Positions 37,601 to 51,478 of a stretch of 64,000 nucleotides of DNA are shown here, piece after piece. The notes under the pieces are model-generated. The model saw nothing but the letters and a program-made list of their open reading frames with translations, ran no database searches and was not told where the DNA came from. Position 1 is the first letter of the stretch; each line of letters begins with the position of its first letter. The position numbers and the translations under genes are program-made. Source of the DNA: Podarcis erhardii (lineage: Eukaryota); the NCBI GenBank assembly GCA_964252035.1, contig OZ176207.1; one strand, written 5' to 3'.

Positions 37601-38299
37601 CAGACAAATAGATAAAAGACCACTCATCTAAATACAAGCAGTTATACTCCCTTCTTGAGCTCATATATTTCCCATTGGTCTGATAGGCAGAGCATGTGCC
37701 AATTGCTCCTTGTTCTTGTCATAAGCTTGAGTTCCGTGCATGATTACCTCAAAATGGAGTCTCTTTTTTTCCTTACAACAGGTGTCTTGTGAGGACAGAT
37801 GATAAAGATTTGCCAAGTTTCAGGTCTGTCAAAATGTCCCATACAAAGCTGGAATTGGTGAAATGCTGCAACAAAACTATTCAAGGTCAGAGGGTATCAG
37901 AACTTTTCAGGCTCAGTATAAAGCTAAAAATTAGAGTAAGTGCATTAATAGATGGAATAAAATAATTGTTACAGTCAAACAGCTGGGGGGAAAGGGGTAA
38001 CTCTGAATACAGGTAATAACAGAACAGTACTGAAACTGCCACAGTCTTTCGTTTAGGTATAACAGTTGAAAATTGTCAACCAAAACAGTTATCTCATTAT
38101 ATACATTATAAAAATACAACGTTTAGGGTAATAAAATTAATATACCTAGCACTCAGTCAAGAAATACCCAAAAATGTGAAGCCTGTAGACTCACTGAAGG
38201 GCTGAAGAACCTTGAAAAGTCAGGCAGAAGATCAATTCCTTTTTTAAAAAAAAGGTTCACAGACAATCTACATACACTGCAGGTAGTGAATTCTCTAAT

Positions 38300-38305
<6 letters not shown>

Positions 38306-38336
<31 letters not shown>
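38306..38336. repeat. (TG)n microsatellite
   Basis: Seen directly. Confidence 0.95.
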
Positions 38337-38337
<1 letters not shown>

Positions 38338-41046
38338 GATTTTCCTAGCATTTGCCACTCCCCGCTGTTCTGCAAATGTGGTTATATAATCAGTGGGCCT
38401 TGCATATTTATATACTGAGAATCATCATTACGATCAAGGAGGAGTTGCTCAGGCTCCAAAACACTGGAGAGGATGCTCAGGAGCGACTGTTTCATCTTGC
38501 AATTCCATATTGAGATCAGGGCTTCATCAGGATCACCAGTTTTCTCCACTGGAAAACACGCAGAGCATTGAGGAACACATTTTCTATTAGTCTCCAAGAC
38601 TGGGCTATATAAACGGGCCCACTGCTGTTAGATGAGGGAAGTGTCATCGTCGTCACACAAAAGTTAGATAAAGCTTTCTGACTGCTTGCCTGGAGAATAT
38701 TCTTACCATGGGCAACCTATAAAGAAATTGTTTATAATGCTGCTTTATCCAGCCACTGTGGGAGTTATGACAGTTTTATCCATAATAGTCTGGTTCCCAA
38801 CTGATGTTGCAGTGAAACAAATCCATGCACAAGAACATGTATAAATCAAGAAACTTGAGTAATTCAGCCCTTCTCTATCACCTGTACAAAATGTATCCAG
38901 CCTGAATTGGTCTGACATTACATTCCGACATTACATCCAAAATTATTTTTACCAAGATTTTAGTGGGTATTTAATAGTCCGATATTTTGCTACTGAACTT
39001 CATTAAAAAGTATATTTGAGGGAGGAAATGTGTGTGTCTCTTTGAATTAAACTCCTTGTTTGAAACGAGGGAAAAATTCACTCCATTTCCATGACTGATG
39101 AAGCTGCACAAAATTAATTGCAAGACAGTGATCCAGGAAAGACCAAAGTATTTTGCTTCATCTAATGTTAGTGACATTCAGTACATAAAAAGTGTGTTGA
39201 TAAATTATTTAGCAATCACTAGCCTTTTAATTCCTCTGAGAAATTTTAATGACAGCAGATGGTAATGCCAGGAGGTACTGCATAGAATACTTAGGCTGAA
39301 ATAGCAAAATAAGAGCCCATTTCACATGTTGCACTGGGGCAATATTTTGCAAACATGGAGATTTCTCTATCTCTGCATCAGTGAGACTGAAATATTATCA
39401 TTACTTGTGGATATTTCTGTGGTCATTTTGCAGTGTTTATTTTGCTCATGAAACTGCTGCTGATACCAGCTTGAATGCTTACAGTCTGTGATAATACTCT
39501 GCTATAATATAATCTGGAAATAAAATGTATTTTAGAATAGAAGTTGTATATTAGACACACAATAAAAGGCATATACTGAAGCACATAGTCTGTTAAATTC
39601 TGTAACATAATGCGTAGTACTGGATTATGTTGTGAGTCTGCAGTATTAAACCTCTGGTGTTCTTCCTGAACTCTGATCTATATGCTATACTTCTGATTTA
39701 TACTCAGAACTACATTTCATAGAATTGCACTGTGAATATGGAACTTTGATGGATAACCTCTGGTTATTGTATTTTTTTGTTGTTGTGGGGGACAACATAT
39801 GGCAGACAACAATGATCAAATGTAATTAATAGTATGATTTTATTGACCAAGGAAGAAGTTTGGTTTACTTAAGTACATTAAAAATTGTTTGAAATATTGC
39901 TCTTAGATAATGATTATTGAAATATTTATCATCCATTTGCTTCTGCAGAATGCACTTATGAAACACTTCTACAAACTGAGCATTTTAAAGCCAGTTTGAA
40001 TCTGAATTTCTAGTTGGCAGGCGGTACTCATCATGCTCATGCCGATTTGGCAGTATATGAACTGGCTGTCTATAAAAGAAACTTGTTATCTCTCTTTGGC
40101 ATTGGGCACAATACAAGTCTGTTTACATGACAATAAGTCTTTGGAGTTAATTTAATTCCCTTTTCATACTTTGCAATGTAAAGTAAAGGGACTGAAAGGA
40201 AGACTTGTGGCTGCTTTTTCCCCCAGCTGTCTCCTGTGCAAGAAATAAGACTGTTGATGCACAACTGTTGAAGCCACATTAAAATACTCTCCTGACAAAA
40301 TGATTTTAAGAGATTTCTGGTGCTGTTGAGTTAAATCATCAGTATTTCAATAAAACACACCCAAAAAAACACTGGTATTAGTATACCGGTAATCTACATA
40401 GCATAACACTTGCTGTTAAATTTTGATACAAACACATAAAGGTATTCTTTCATTCCTCTTCGTAGCTGTCAACGTTTCCCTTTTTTTAAGGGAAATTCCC
40501 TTATTCTGAATAGGATTCCTCACAAGAAAAGGGAAAAATTGACAGCTAACAGCTATGTCATCTTTCACTGTAAAGAAAGTCTACTTCATACCCCAAATAT
40601 TATTTTTATTTATTTATTTTACAAATCTCTACTCGATTTGATCTTCAAAAGAAAACAAAGTGGCTAATGAGTAAAATCAGCAATTAAGGCAAATTAAACT
40701 ACAGATGTATTGGAAATCTACAGTGCCCAAACCAATCATCCCATCCAATTTACACAGTTATTTCGTTACAATACTATTCTGACCCTTCAGCAACTTACTG
40801 TTACAAATCTGGGGTAACAGAGTATGGGGCTACAAGGGCATCCATAACTGCTAGAATTAGTGTATATTATAAATTAATAAATGATAGACCTCAGATAATA
40901 TTTGGAATATTGAAGGACAGATGTTAGACTAGGGGAAATACAGGTGAAGCTTCTTTTCCAGGCCAGGGGCTCACCTGGAATAGAAGTCATTAAGAATGGC
41001 AAAAGCTCCTAGAAGCAAGTCATTAACCCATCAGTTGAAACCATCA

Positions 41047-41300
41047 ACTAGGCGGAAGGTTCTGACGAGGTGCCTTGAAGGCCAGAACCATCCTGGCAGG
41101 CTGGGACAGAGGCATGGAGATGGTATGCAGGATGCCTTGAACTCCAATGCTGCACTGCTGTAGAGAAAAATATCCTCTTTAGATGTAATGCCCTGAACTC
41201 TCTCCAAAGTAGACCCAGGTGTAAATATGTGTGCAATGAACCATATTTCTTGAAGAGCGCCTGGAACCCCTGGGATCTCGTGCAGCCAATCTCCAACTGG
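41047..41300 (-). mobile_element. Degenerate L2 ORF2 C-terminal fragment
   Basis: Across frames LHEIP / GFQALFK / FFSTAVQHW resemble L2 LHWLP-FRAQFK-AFS.AAP.LW. Confidence 0.45.
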
Positions 41301-43627
41301 TAGAAATTGGGGTGTTGTTTAACACAACAGTAAGATTAGACTTAAGTCAGAAGCCAAGCTGAAACATGCTTGCACTTGAACTGTATGTAGAGCCAACTGA
41401 TGGATGGAGATTTTTATGTGCAGGGGCATTGCTAGGTACTTAAAAGATTTGAGGGAAAGGAACATCAAGGAAATTTGTCTTTGGGCAGATTAAGATGATG
41501 GGTGGCTGGGGTCTCATTTACGCTGCAACCAGCCACCCTGTTAGCATAGTTTTGGGGTTTTTTAAGGCAACGGGGAGAAGACAGGACAGGAGATTGGGGC
41601 CCCAATGCAAATTACTGAGTGCTTAGGTCCCATGGTCCACAGCCTAACCAACAACCCTGTTTATATGTAATGCTTTTAAATATGCCATCCCTTGTATGCA
41701 TTCTGAGGTGGTACAGTCATTTAGTAATTATACTTAGCAACAGTTGCACAGCTAATGGGATTAGTTAAAAGAAGCAGATCAGATGAAAGAGCAGAGTAAT
41801 TTTAATGGAAGTCAGCACAAGAATAGACATGGGTCATTCTGCACAACTGGTTTTTGTTAAATGAATTAATTGGCTGGATTAAGCCAATGTCCCATCTAGT
41901 CCAAAATCTTGTTATCACAGTGGCCAACCAGAGGCCTCTGGGAAGTCCAGAAGCAGGACCTGAACGCACAAAATTAATTTGTTACCTTTCTTCATACCAC
42001 TCATAACTTTGGTTTGTTTAGTCCAGTATTGTGCACTGTAACTGGAGTGTCTCAGACTCCTGCTTTCAGACCACTGCTACCACAGGTCTTTTGGGCTGAA
42101 GGTGCAATGGATTGAATTGGGACCTTCTACACACATGCAAGGCATGCACTCTACCACTAAGCAGTGCTTTCTCCATTCTTATTCTTTTTTAGTTTCTCTT
42201 AATTTATTTATAGAAGGGGAAAAAATCACAACATCACAAAAGGAAAACAACAACACAAAAGTTGCTGATCAACCAAGCTGCTACAAAAGGGGGAGGGAGA
42301 GAAGGCAAGTATCATCAGAGTTGTTTTTCTGCAGTTTTAAACATACTAAAATATGACAAATTCCCCAGAAATGTTTCCCTGACCACAGCTCTTTGAATGC
42401 AGACAAACAATTATGGTGGTTCCTGGAATAGAATGGGTCAGAGGCAGCTTGAAGGACACGTCTGTAACTTTTTCTTTGTGTGAGTTAGATAAACAGAGAA
42501 GATTGTCCTTATATTTCCTCCTTACCTTGTTTGACCTTGACTTTCGTGATAATCACATTTGTTTAACAGATTGAATCTTGCACAAAATATTTGTAGTGTG
42601 CTTTATGAGTGCTTTAGTTCTTAAAACATTTCAGCCTATTTAAAACTGGTTAGTAAACTTAATTACTTTTACGTGAATGAGACTACAGTTCACAAACTAG
42701 CTATTTTAGGGTAATAATTAAATAAGTTGAAAAGTACTCAGGAACAAGTTCTGGGTCATGACTGTATAGGAAGATTTATTGTTTTGTGTCAGGTATTTAT
42801 AAGAAAGTACAATGAGATCTGGTGCAGTGTTGTGCTGGCATATATATTTGCTTTTTCTATACCTTACTGCAACCCATGCTGGCTTACTATAGGCTACTTT
42901 TATGTGTACTGTATCTGTTGGGGCTTGATAGGAGTGGAGGTGTGTGAGTTGTGAGGATGAGATGTGCAACTTAATTGAGCCTGAATCCCTGCCTAATATA
43001 ATCGTAAACATTTTGCCGAGTCGAGAATACATCTTGTGACAATACTTTCTTGACACAGGCCCTAGAAGTTCAAGTTAGAAACTCTACTCCTGACTGGCAC
43101 AGCTCATGGAGATGGCCTTGGACAAAAACAAAGTGCCAACCATTTTATATTTCTACTATAGTGAGATGTAAGTAGTGTTAGAGGCCACCCCTATCCCTGC
43201 TGAGCCATGCATGGGATTCCAGGAGTCTTGGCCCTCAACTGGGGTCTATGCCCCTTTGGAGAATTGAAGGCATGTTGGAGGCTGTCATAGTTTTAAGATT
43301 TATGATTCATATATTTATACCTGCATGTAGATGGAGGGTGTACAGATCTTACAGAACAGGCATCTCAAGAGGAACCTATTCCCCACAGCAGTGCAGCAGT
43401 GGAGCCTGAGGCATTTCTCCTAGCCTGCCTTCAGCCAGCCTGCCCAAGATGGATCTGGCCTTTTTCTCAGCTATCCCAAAGCTTATTGTCAGTTATGCCA
43501 ACGGCCCCAAACTCTTCCTGTGACATCACGTCCAGTTACCCTGACAACTTTCCAAATCACACCTCATGGTAGGGGAAAAGGACAGTTCTCTTGCATTGCC
43601 AATGGCTCTCAATGGTACTGTATTGTT

Positions 43628-43864
43628 TGGTGTAGCAGTTCAGATCAGTAGTCTCGTAATCTGGTGAACAGGGTTCACGTCTCTGCTCTTCCATATGCAG
43701 CTGCTGGGTGACCTTGGGCTAGTCACACTTCTTTGAAGTCTGTCAGCCTCACTCACCTCACAGAGTGTTTGTTGTGGGGGAGGAAGGGAAAGGAGAATGT
43801 TAGCCGCTTTGAGACTCCTTAGGGTAGTGATAAAGTGGGATATCAAATCCAAACTCTTCTTCTT
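43628..43864 (+). mobile_element. Squam3/Ther1-like SINE
   Basis: Near-collinear with the 3279-3565 copy; ends tcttcttctt. Confidence 0.8.
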
Positions 43865-45629
43865 AAAGGCCCTAGCTTGGCCAGGTCTGTTTGCACGGGC
43901 TAGCCCAGAAATTCCTCTGCAGCGGATATTACTCCTTTCATATCCCAATTAGTTAAAATATTACCATTTATTAATTTCTAGGGTTTGGGTCCTCCCCCAC
44001 AAATCTATAACAACTTTCACTGATTATCTGCCTTAGGTCCATGGACACTGAGGGAGTGTGTAAGACGTTGATCTACAGATTTACCCATCTCCATATCTTT
44101 TTCTTTCCTGTCCAATTCCTTAATACATGCAGACAAATGTTAGTTTCTGCCTTTCAACAAGAAACCCTTTTAGACTAACTAAACTAATTTATTATTATTA
44201 TATTTACCTTGGCAGGAAAAGGAACCACATCACTGGAGAAATTTATGTCTCCACTGAAATTTATTGTTGTGGCCTTTTAGGTCATTGCATGCATATTATG
44301 GGGTGTTTATTTGATCTGTTCGTCCCATTTGCAGCCTGTTTGCTTTATCCCACAGAACTCAGCGGATCCCATTGAAATGCATGATATAAAGGACTGGCTT
44401 TACTATTTTGGCTTTACTTTAAGCCAATTCACTTCTGTGACAGAAAGTTACAGGCTATGTCAATCACTGCATTTTATTGCAAGGAGTCCTCACTTGGGCT
44501 GGCAAGTTTTTTTCTGGTATGAAATTCTGAACATGACCATAATTTTACAGTGGTAAAATACTTGGGCTGACTCTTTGCCCATCTAAAGCCTTCCTCACCC
44601 TCCAGACTACTACACTCTAAAATTACTATGTGATATATACAGTACTAATTGATATCTACCTGAATATGGACTGAAAAACAACAACTGTATTTAGTCTGAA
44701 TTTCTATGTCTGTAGACACTTCCTGACCTTTTTATTGTGCATTCATCTTGATTTGTTTGCACACAGTGTGTGTATGGATTATAGGATGCATGTTGTTTAC
44801 TAATCTGTTTGTGTAGAGGTTATATTATGACACATCACGATGCATTTTTCTGTCACTTTTCTTACTGCAAAGTCTTTTTTTTTTCTTAAGTGAGTTTGTT
44901 GTGTAAGAGCCAAATCCATTTTAATTGCACAACCTGGATTTGCTATATGTGATTAAATCCCACAAGCAAAATAGCAAGTCTGAAAGCGCTCTGTGATTCT
45001 GGAAAGATCTGGTATGCATAGAATTTTTTCCCATAATCATTGCTCATTCCTTTGAGGCAGGGCTAGGTTTCTAATGACATCTCTAGGGGTGGTAGACTAT
45101 ATTATGCAAATAAGTACTTGTACACATCAAAGAATCCAGTTTCCCTTTTTAGTTTACCAGTGCAGAATTTGATTATTATTATTATCATTCCTGGCTATGG
45201 CACAGATTATATTATATGTCAGTTAATCAGTAGGGCTTGACAGGTCTTGCTCAGTTTGAGTGTCCTGACTAACTAAGATATTATTTTCAGTTTCTTCTGT
45301 GAATAAATCCTGTTATATCATGAGTGATATATCAATGGCATTTCTGGTTACACTTTTTTGGGGGGAGCGAAGCTTTTAAAAACAAATTTTTACTTTTCAA
45401 GTTTGTTTGTTAACCCGCACACGACTGAGTGGAATTCTGATAAATGAGCATTTATTGAATGTGTCAAGCCCTTTTAGTTGTACTTTTTTGGAATTAAGAT
45501 TTTATTTTTTTACTTGAAACGTTCCCCCAAAAAGATTATGTTCTCCTCCTCCCCCTCCCCTTCCTTTGCCTTCCTTTGGAGCATTGCCTCTTGCTGTTCC
45601 CTTTGGAATATCGAACAATTTCCCCAGAA

Positions 45630-46400
45630 GAATGTGCGAGGAGAAAAATGGGCGGGAACTCCAGATTGCTATTGTGAGCCGCAGAAGAGTTTGTCTCTTT
45701 AACTTGCCTGTCTGGAAATGCAGCAGCAGCAACAGCAGCGCAGACCCAAGAATGGAAACCGCGTCTCCTGAAATATGCTGAAGCGCAGATATTTTGTACG
45801 TGTTGGGTTTGGGTGAGGAAAGCACCAAAAAGACGCGAGGAGGAGCTGGAGCCTCCGGGGCTCATGTGACCGGTGGCGGCTGAGGGCTGGGGCTGCCCAG
45901 AAATAGCCGCAGCTGCTTTCCTTGCTCGGTGCAAGTGAGATCGGCGCGAGGGAGATTGGCTCCTCCGAAGGATGCGAAGCCGCCAAGCCCCAAGCAGATG
46001 ATGGCGATACGAGAGCTGAAAGTGTGTCTGCTTGGAGTGAGTAGCGACCAAGAGGCGGAGTGGGCTGGGGTGTGGGCTGAAGGAGAGATGGCGGGGAGGA
46101 GGCGCTGGGTTCTCAAGCCGTGTGGTGGGGATAAAACAACAACGCGCAAACTGAGGAACGAGAGCGAGGATGCCCGCCCCGAGGCACCTTGGAAAGTTCC
46201 GTGGTCTTTCCAGAAGAGCTTCCTTTGTCTTCCCTTCGGCCCCCACTTGGCCAGATGTGCGTTTGCTCTGCAAAGGCTTGTTTGGCTCTCGCTTCCTCGA
46301 GTTGCTTTCTGGGAAGTTTGGCAGTTGTGCTAGATAGGGATGTTAGGCAGACATCCCCTCAAGCTCCGCCATCGCGCCTGGGATCTTTCCTCACTTACTC
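45630..46400. promoter_or_regulatory. CpG island / RAB31 promoter and exon 1
   Basis: GC/CpG-rich region around the ATG; GGCGGGAA at 45651-45658; TCATGTGAC at 45862-45870. Boundaries approximate. Confidence 0.75.
45998..46036 (+). CDS. RAB31: Ras-related protein Rab-31, exon 1 coding part (MMAIRELKVCLLG)
   Basis: ATGATGGCGATACGAGAGCTGAAAGTGTGTCTGCTTGGA/gtgagt; known RAB31 N-terminus; adjacent to PPP4R1 as in mammals. Confidence 0.95.
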
Positions 46401-47326
46401 CATTCCTGTTCCACCAGGTGGAAATGGAGTCTTATATCTTCCAGGAGATATAATTCACACTGAGATGGCAAGCCTGTGTGTGTAGATATATGCAGATAGA
46501 AAATGACCGTCCTAGAATCCTTTCCCCTGACGTCCAGTTTTCTAACTGGAGAGCTTTACTCTCATTCTCATACCAGCCCCCACCTGCAGTGGTCCAGGCC
46601 CAGGCCCAGATTCACCATCTCCATACAAATTAGTCCATTGGGGGGGGGGGGGGGACGTGGCTTAAAAAAAATACTGGTGCTTCTCATATGCTGAACTACA
46701 GAAGGATTTTGCCCATCCCTCCTCCCTCTCTTAAACTTTCTTCCACAAGCTAAAATATGTTTTATCCAAACATGGTCTTTTGTGGTTTATCTTTAGCAAG
46801 TAACGTTTCGTGCTGGAGAGAGGAAAGAGATTGCTACATACTTCAACTGATTTTGGCAGTAGTTGGACAGTAAACTGCCTGCATGCAAAGCAGTTAAACA
46901 TCAGACACAGCTCAGCTAAAAATTTGTCTTTCTGTGCCTGACTGTGTCTTTAGAAGAGTTTGCATCAGTTGTGCTAAGTTCCTCTCAGCTGAAACTTGGC
47001 GGGCAAACACAGACCAGTTTCCAGGGAGTTGTTCTCTTTTTGCTTTCAGTGTTCTTGACAAACCTTTTGTTGGAATGACACACTGTTTTGCACAGCCATG
47101 TTTGGTTTGTACTAACTACATAGATTTGCCTCCCTTTTATTTGGGCAAAACAAATAAACCTAGTATTAGTTTTAAGAGAATGGCATTGTGTGTACAACAA
47201 ATAAGGAAGAAGAAAGTTTAAAAATCAGCAATATTTGCCAAAAAAATAAAGAGCCACTTAGAATGGATTAAATAAAAAACTACTCCAGTGTGTGGAGATC
47301 TGATCTGCAGGCACATAGGACTATTA

Positions 47327-47585
47327 CTGTATTTTTCGCTTTATAAGACGCACCAGACCATAAGATGCACCTAGTTTTTGGAGGAGGAAAACAAGAAAAA
47401 AAATATTCTGAATCTCAGAAGCCAGAACAACAAGAGGGATCACTGCGCAGCGAAAGCAGCAATCCCTCTTGCTGTTCTGGCTTCTGGGATAGCTGCGCAG
47501 GCTGCATTCACTCCATAAGACGCACACACATTTCCCCTTACTTTTTAGGAGGGAAAAAGTGAGTCTTATAGAGCAAAAAATACGG
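47327..47585. mobile_element. Tc1/mariner Tc2-like MITE
   Basis: TA TSDs; TIRs CTGTATTTTTCGCTTTATAAGAC / GTCTTATAGAGCAAAAAATACGG; internal palindrome cagaagccagaaca…tgttctggcttctg. Confidence 0.85.
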
Positions 47586-50009
47586 TACTTTGCTGAAGCT
47601 AACCTGGGCTGGGTCTGGTCAGTTCTGGGCTGAAAGAACACCTGGGAGCCACCTTACTTATGCCACATTGTGTTCCATGATGGAAGAAAAGTGGGATATA
47701 AATGTAAATAAATTAATACGTGCCAAACAATGCCAGCTACATAGCCCATTGCATAGATTATTTAGGTCAAAACTCTTGGAGATAAACTGTTGACATTACC
47801 AGCACGAAGGCTTGTTCTCTTGCAGACGTACATGAGAGTAAGTGTCACTGAACTTATTTTACAGAAAGCTGGCCTATGATTGTCCTATGGATCCACAGTA
47901 GGTTGTGCAAATCACTCGGGGGAGTCTTTATTTTGCTGTGCTGTACATTATGCCTAGGTTTTGGCCTAGAATCCTCCTCCTGCTTTAAACTTTGAGTACA
48001 ATGGTCACCCACGCAGGATATAATCACCCATGCTGCAGCAGAATGGGTGGCAGCTATAGTGCAGAGGTGCTTTTCTACTAGGACGTTATTTAGTTCAATC
48101 AACATGTTCTTTTCCTTCTTTCTAAAACCTTTAAACAAGTATTTTCTGTGTACTACCCTATTTCACTGATTTCACTGGAATGATGGAAAAGATGTATGTG
48201 ACCTAATGAACCAATTGCAGAAGTTTCATTCTGCTTTACTTATTTCCATTTGCTATCCAAACCAGCTTTGTTACAGCATCTAAAGAAAAAGAGAAGTACT
48301 TATATTTTCAGCTTCTTTGCCTTTCCTTTTGTCATAAGTAACATAAATTAAACTGCAATATACAGACTTTTTATAAATGTTAAACAAAACTATTAAAAAC
48401 TACATATACCTCAGTTTTAGTAATAAAAACTTTTAAAAGTTTGTTGTGAGCATTTTCCGCTGTGTATTCCTAGGGAAGTTAAAGTGCAACATACCTTTAT
48501 GATCTGTACTTGCTTCTGTACATTTAGTAGCTCAACATATAAAGTTTTGCATGGTTTATCTTATGGTATATGACCCTACATTTTTTTAAGTTAGCTCTCT
48601 CCAGTATGATTACTGTACTTTTATTCTAGAAAATGCGTGGTTTTTTTTCTTGAGCAAGCAAAACACATAGCCAGTTCTATGAAGATTTCCTTAAATTGCA
48701 GTCCTATACCCACCTATTTGGGAATAAATAACGTTGAATTCAGTTGAACCTTTCAGTAGAGTAGACCTGTATAGGATTGTGCTGTTAGCCTCTCTTAATT
48801 CAATAGGTCCTAACTCACATGAGTGCATGGGATTGTACCTTTAGAGTCAGTATTTTGAAAAGTTCATTGTCTTGTGAAATCTGTGAATGCTAAAGTTAGA
48901 TTTACAAGAGGCTTTTTAAATAAGACTCTGTGGATGTACTGCATGTACTAGGCTTGCACAACTCTCCAGCTTGTAAACAAATGTCAGAGAGAAACACAGG
49001 GGAAAAAGAGGACATGAAGAGTTTCTGTTACACCAGCCAAGACTACTAGTCATTGGGAGGAGGCTTTTGTGAACTTAAATGCAATATCTTACAAAAGCAT
49101 CAGCTTTGATCGTGATTTACTTACATCACCTTTCATAAAGGCTTGATGGTCAGTTTTTCCAAGAGTGCAATATCCTTCCTGTAGCAGAGCAAGCTGCCCT
49201 GTGTCAGATACAGATTATTAGAACAAGGCAGGTCAGTGCTTATAACAGTAAAGTTTCATTTATAATTTTATAAGTGTTGCTGTATATAATAACAATATCT
49301 TCACTGTTCAGACCTTCTTCCCCTTTGACTGCAAAATGTGATCAAAGATGCATATAAGGCTTTATAAAATCTGGGCAACCATACTTACTATGCTGAAGTC
49401 TGTGGCTTGGACTGTGTTCATGGAATTTCCCGGACATATCCGGACATATCCGAAATGCTGCAGTCAGTAATCAGCGGAAATAGGCAAAATGTCCAGGAAA
49501 ATCCAGATGTATGGCAGCCCATATTGACTGTCATTTTTTCTGAATTCCCACAAAAATAGCACAAAAATTGGTTTTTTTGGGGGGGGGAGGGTTGCCCCCA
49601 AACGCTCAACAGCTTTGGGCAAAACTAAAAAAGCTCATAAACTTTGACCAAAAAAGGCTTCTGTCTCGCATTTTCACTGCTTCAAATATGGGAACCCTAT
49701 TAGAGGACCTGTTTCCATTAACATGTTTATTTAGTAGCATGTTACTGAAAAGGTGTAGTTTATGTATGCACTTAAATGTGTTGTGTGGAAATGCATATAC
49801 TGTAACCAAAAAACATGGACCTTGAGAGGGAATTGAAGGAATCCAATCTGACTGTATTCTGTTTTGGGCGGAGTACAGTACATATGGATTTAGATGAGGA
49901 GAGGAGCAAATGCAAGTGATGATATAATTTGAGATAAAGTCTAATTAGTGGCCCTCTAACCCACTTGCAAAAGAGGACACAGATTTGAATAAAATTTGCA
50001 TATGCTTTG

Positions 50010-50803
50010 TGTCATGCAAATCGTGTCCTTCCTAAAAGAGGGTACGTGTTGCGGTGAGATCTGGAGACTGTGGGTGGGTCCATTGGATAGCCACAACACC
50101 CGATTGGTAGGTCACTCGGTGCTGGGTTTCAATCTGGCCAATTGGGCTGCAGTCTAAACGGATCGAGGGACCTATATAAATCCATGCACATGACCCAGAG
50201 CTTCCTCTTTTGGCTTGTGCATCGGAACACCCGCCCACCTCTCCCTAATTTTAGGGCCTTTTGCGATTGACCTTGCTATGCCATCATGTGTTGTCTGTCT
50301 TTGGGACGGGTACGACAGGAATTTTCCCACTTGGCTGATTGGCTGTTGTCATTTGGGTTTCGCCTGCCGCGTAGCAATTCGTCACAACTTTTAAGGTTGT
50401 GAATAGGCACTGGTTTATGTGATAGGGATGGGAGAACGGTCTCGCCATCCCTATGTGAAGGGTATTCTGTTAAAGGAATCCAGGGACTCAACTTGGTTTG
50501 GCCAGCCCCCGAAAAGGGGTTGTGCCTGTGCCTGAGTCCAGGGGAGCATCTGGGGAGTGAATAGAGTCTGCTCCCAGGCTTTTCACCTTCCTCAGGTGTT
50601 CACCCTTGGCTGACCTATGATAGAGCTCTGGGTCAGCGCTACCTACAAGGGTGTAGTGAGCTTGTCAAACCAGAGCCTTTGCAACCACTCACTTTTCTGT
50701 AATCAATAAAGTTGTGGCCTAAATTCTGCCAAAAACCAAAACTAAAATTTGAGTCAAATGTGTCTTTATTTAGGAGGGAGGTCTCTGGATCTGAACACGC
50801 AAA
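50010..50803 (+). mobile_element. Probable solo LTR
   Basis: About 0.8 kb CpG-retaining block with CCAAT/ATTGG boxes (50081-50145), TATATAAA (50173-50180) and AATAAA (50705-50710); tttgtgtc repeated at both edges. Ends and family are uncertain. Confidence 0.55.
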
Positions 50804-51235
50804 TTTGTGTCCTCTTCTGAAGGTGTAGTAGAGGGTCTAAAAATAATTTAATGGCCATACACACAAAGTATTTGACAGAAACTATGTGAGCAGGTGAAGC
50901 TTTCCCCATAATTATATTTCTGCATTAGAAAAAACCTTAACTTTTAGTTCTACCTTCCACAGCTGTTAAAGGCACAAGAAGTGTGCTTTCTCCTAAGGCC
51001 AACCGTATACCAAGGTCTGGGATGTAGTCCTGTACCCACTTTCCTGCGAGTAACCACTATGAAGCACAAAGTCACAAACTTCTGAGTAGACATGTGTACC
51101 ATTGTACTGCATAATAATGTAACAGTGAATTCTTAATGAGTGTTTAGCCTTTGACTCTTCTTCAGCAGCGGACATGACTCTTTGCAAAGTTTTCATAATT
51201 TGCCTTGGCCGTTGCAGGGGGGATGCTTTAACATA

Positions 51236-51478
51236 CAGTGGTACCTCAGGTTAAGAACTTAATTCGTTCCGGAGGTCCGTTCTTAACCTGAAACTGTTCT
51301 TAACCTGAAGCACCACTTTAGCTAATGGGGCCTCCTGCTGCTGCCACACCGCAGCCACACAATTTTCTGTTCTCATCCTGAAGCAATGTTCTTAACCCAA
51401 GGTACTATTTCTGGGTTAGTGGAGTCTGTAACCTGAAGCGTCTGTAACCTGAAGCATCTGTAACCCGAGGTACCACTG
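51236..51478 (-). mobile_element. Tigger/pogo-like MITE family 1, copy D (inverted)
   Basis: TA TSDs; 243 bp. Confidence 0.9.

Noticed and set aside
33455-44556. Possible multi-exon gene between PPP4R1 and RAB31 (exon-like pieces at 36088-36140, 36468-36530, 37781-37822, 38382-38597, 44356 onward)
   Set aside because: Phases do not chain into a consistent ORF, several donors are weak, and no peptide resembles a known family. The DAQERLFHLA likeness to Rab switch II at about 38475 is not supported at DNA level.
45536-46333. Long overlapping ORFs (245 aa minus, 134 aa plus) around RAB31 exon 1
   Set aside because: Stop-poor GC-rich CpG island; the plus ORF merely reads through the RAB31 exon 1 donor; no domain similarity.
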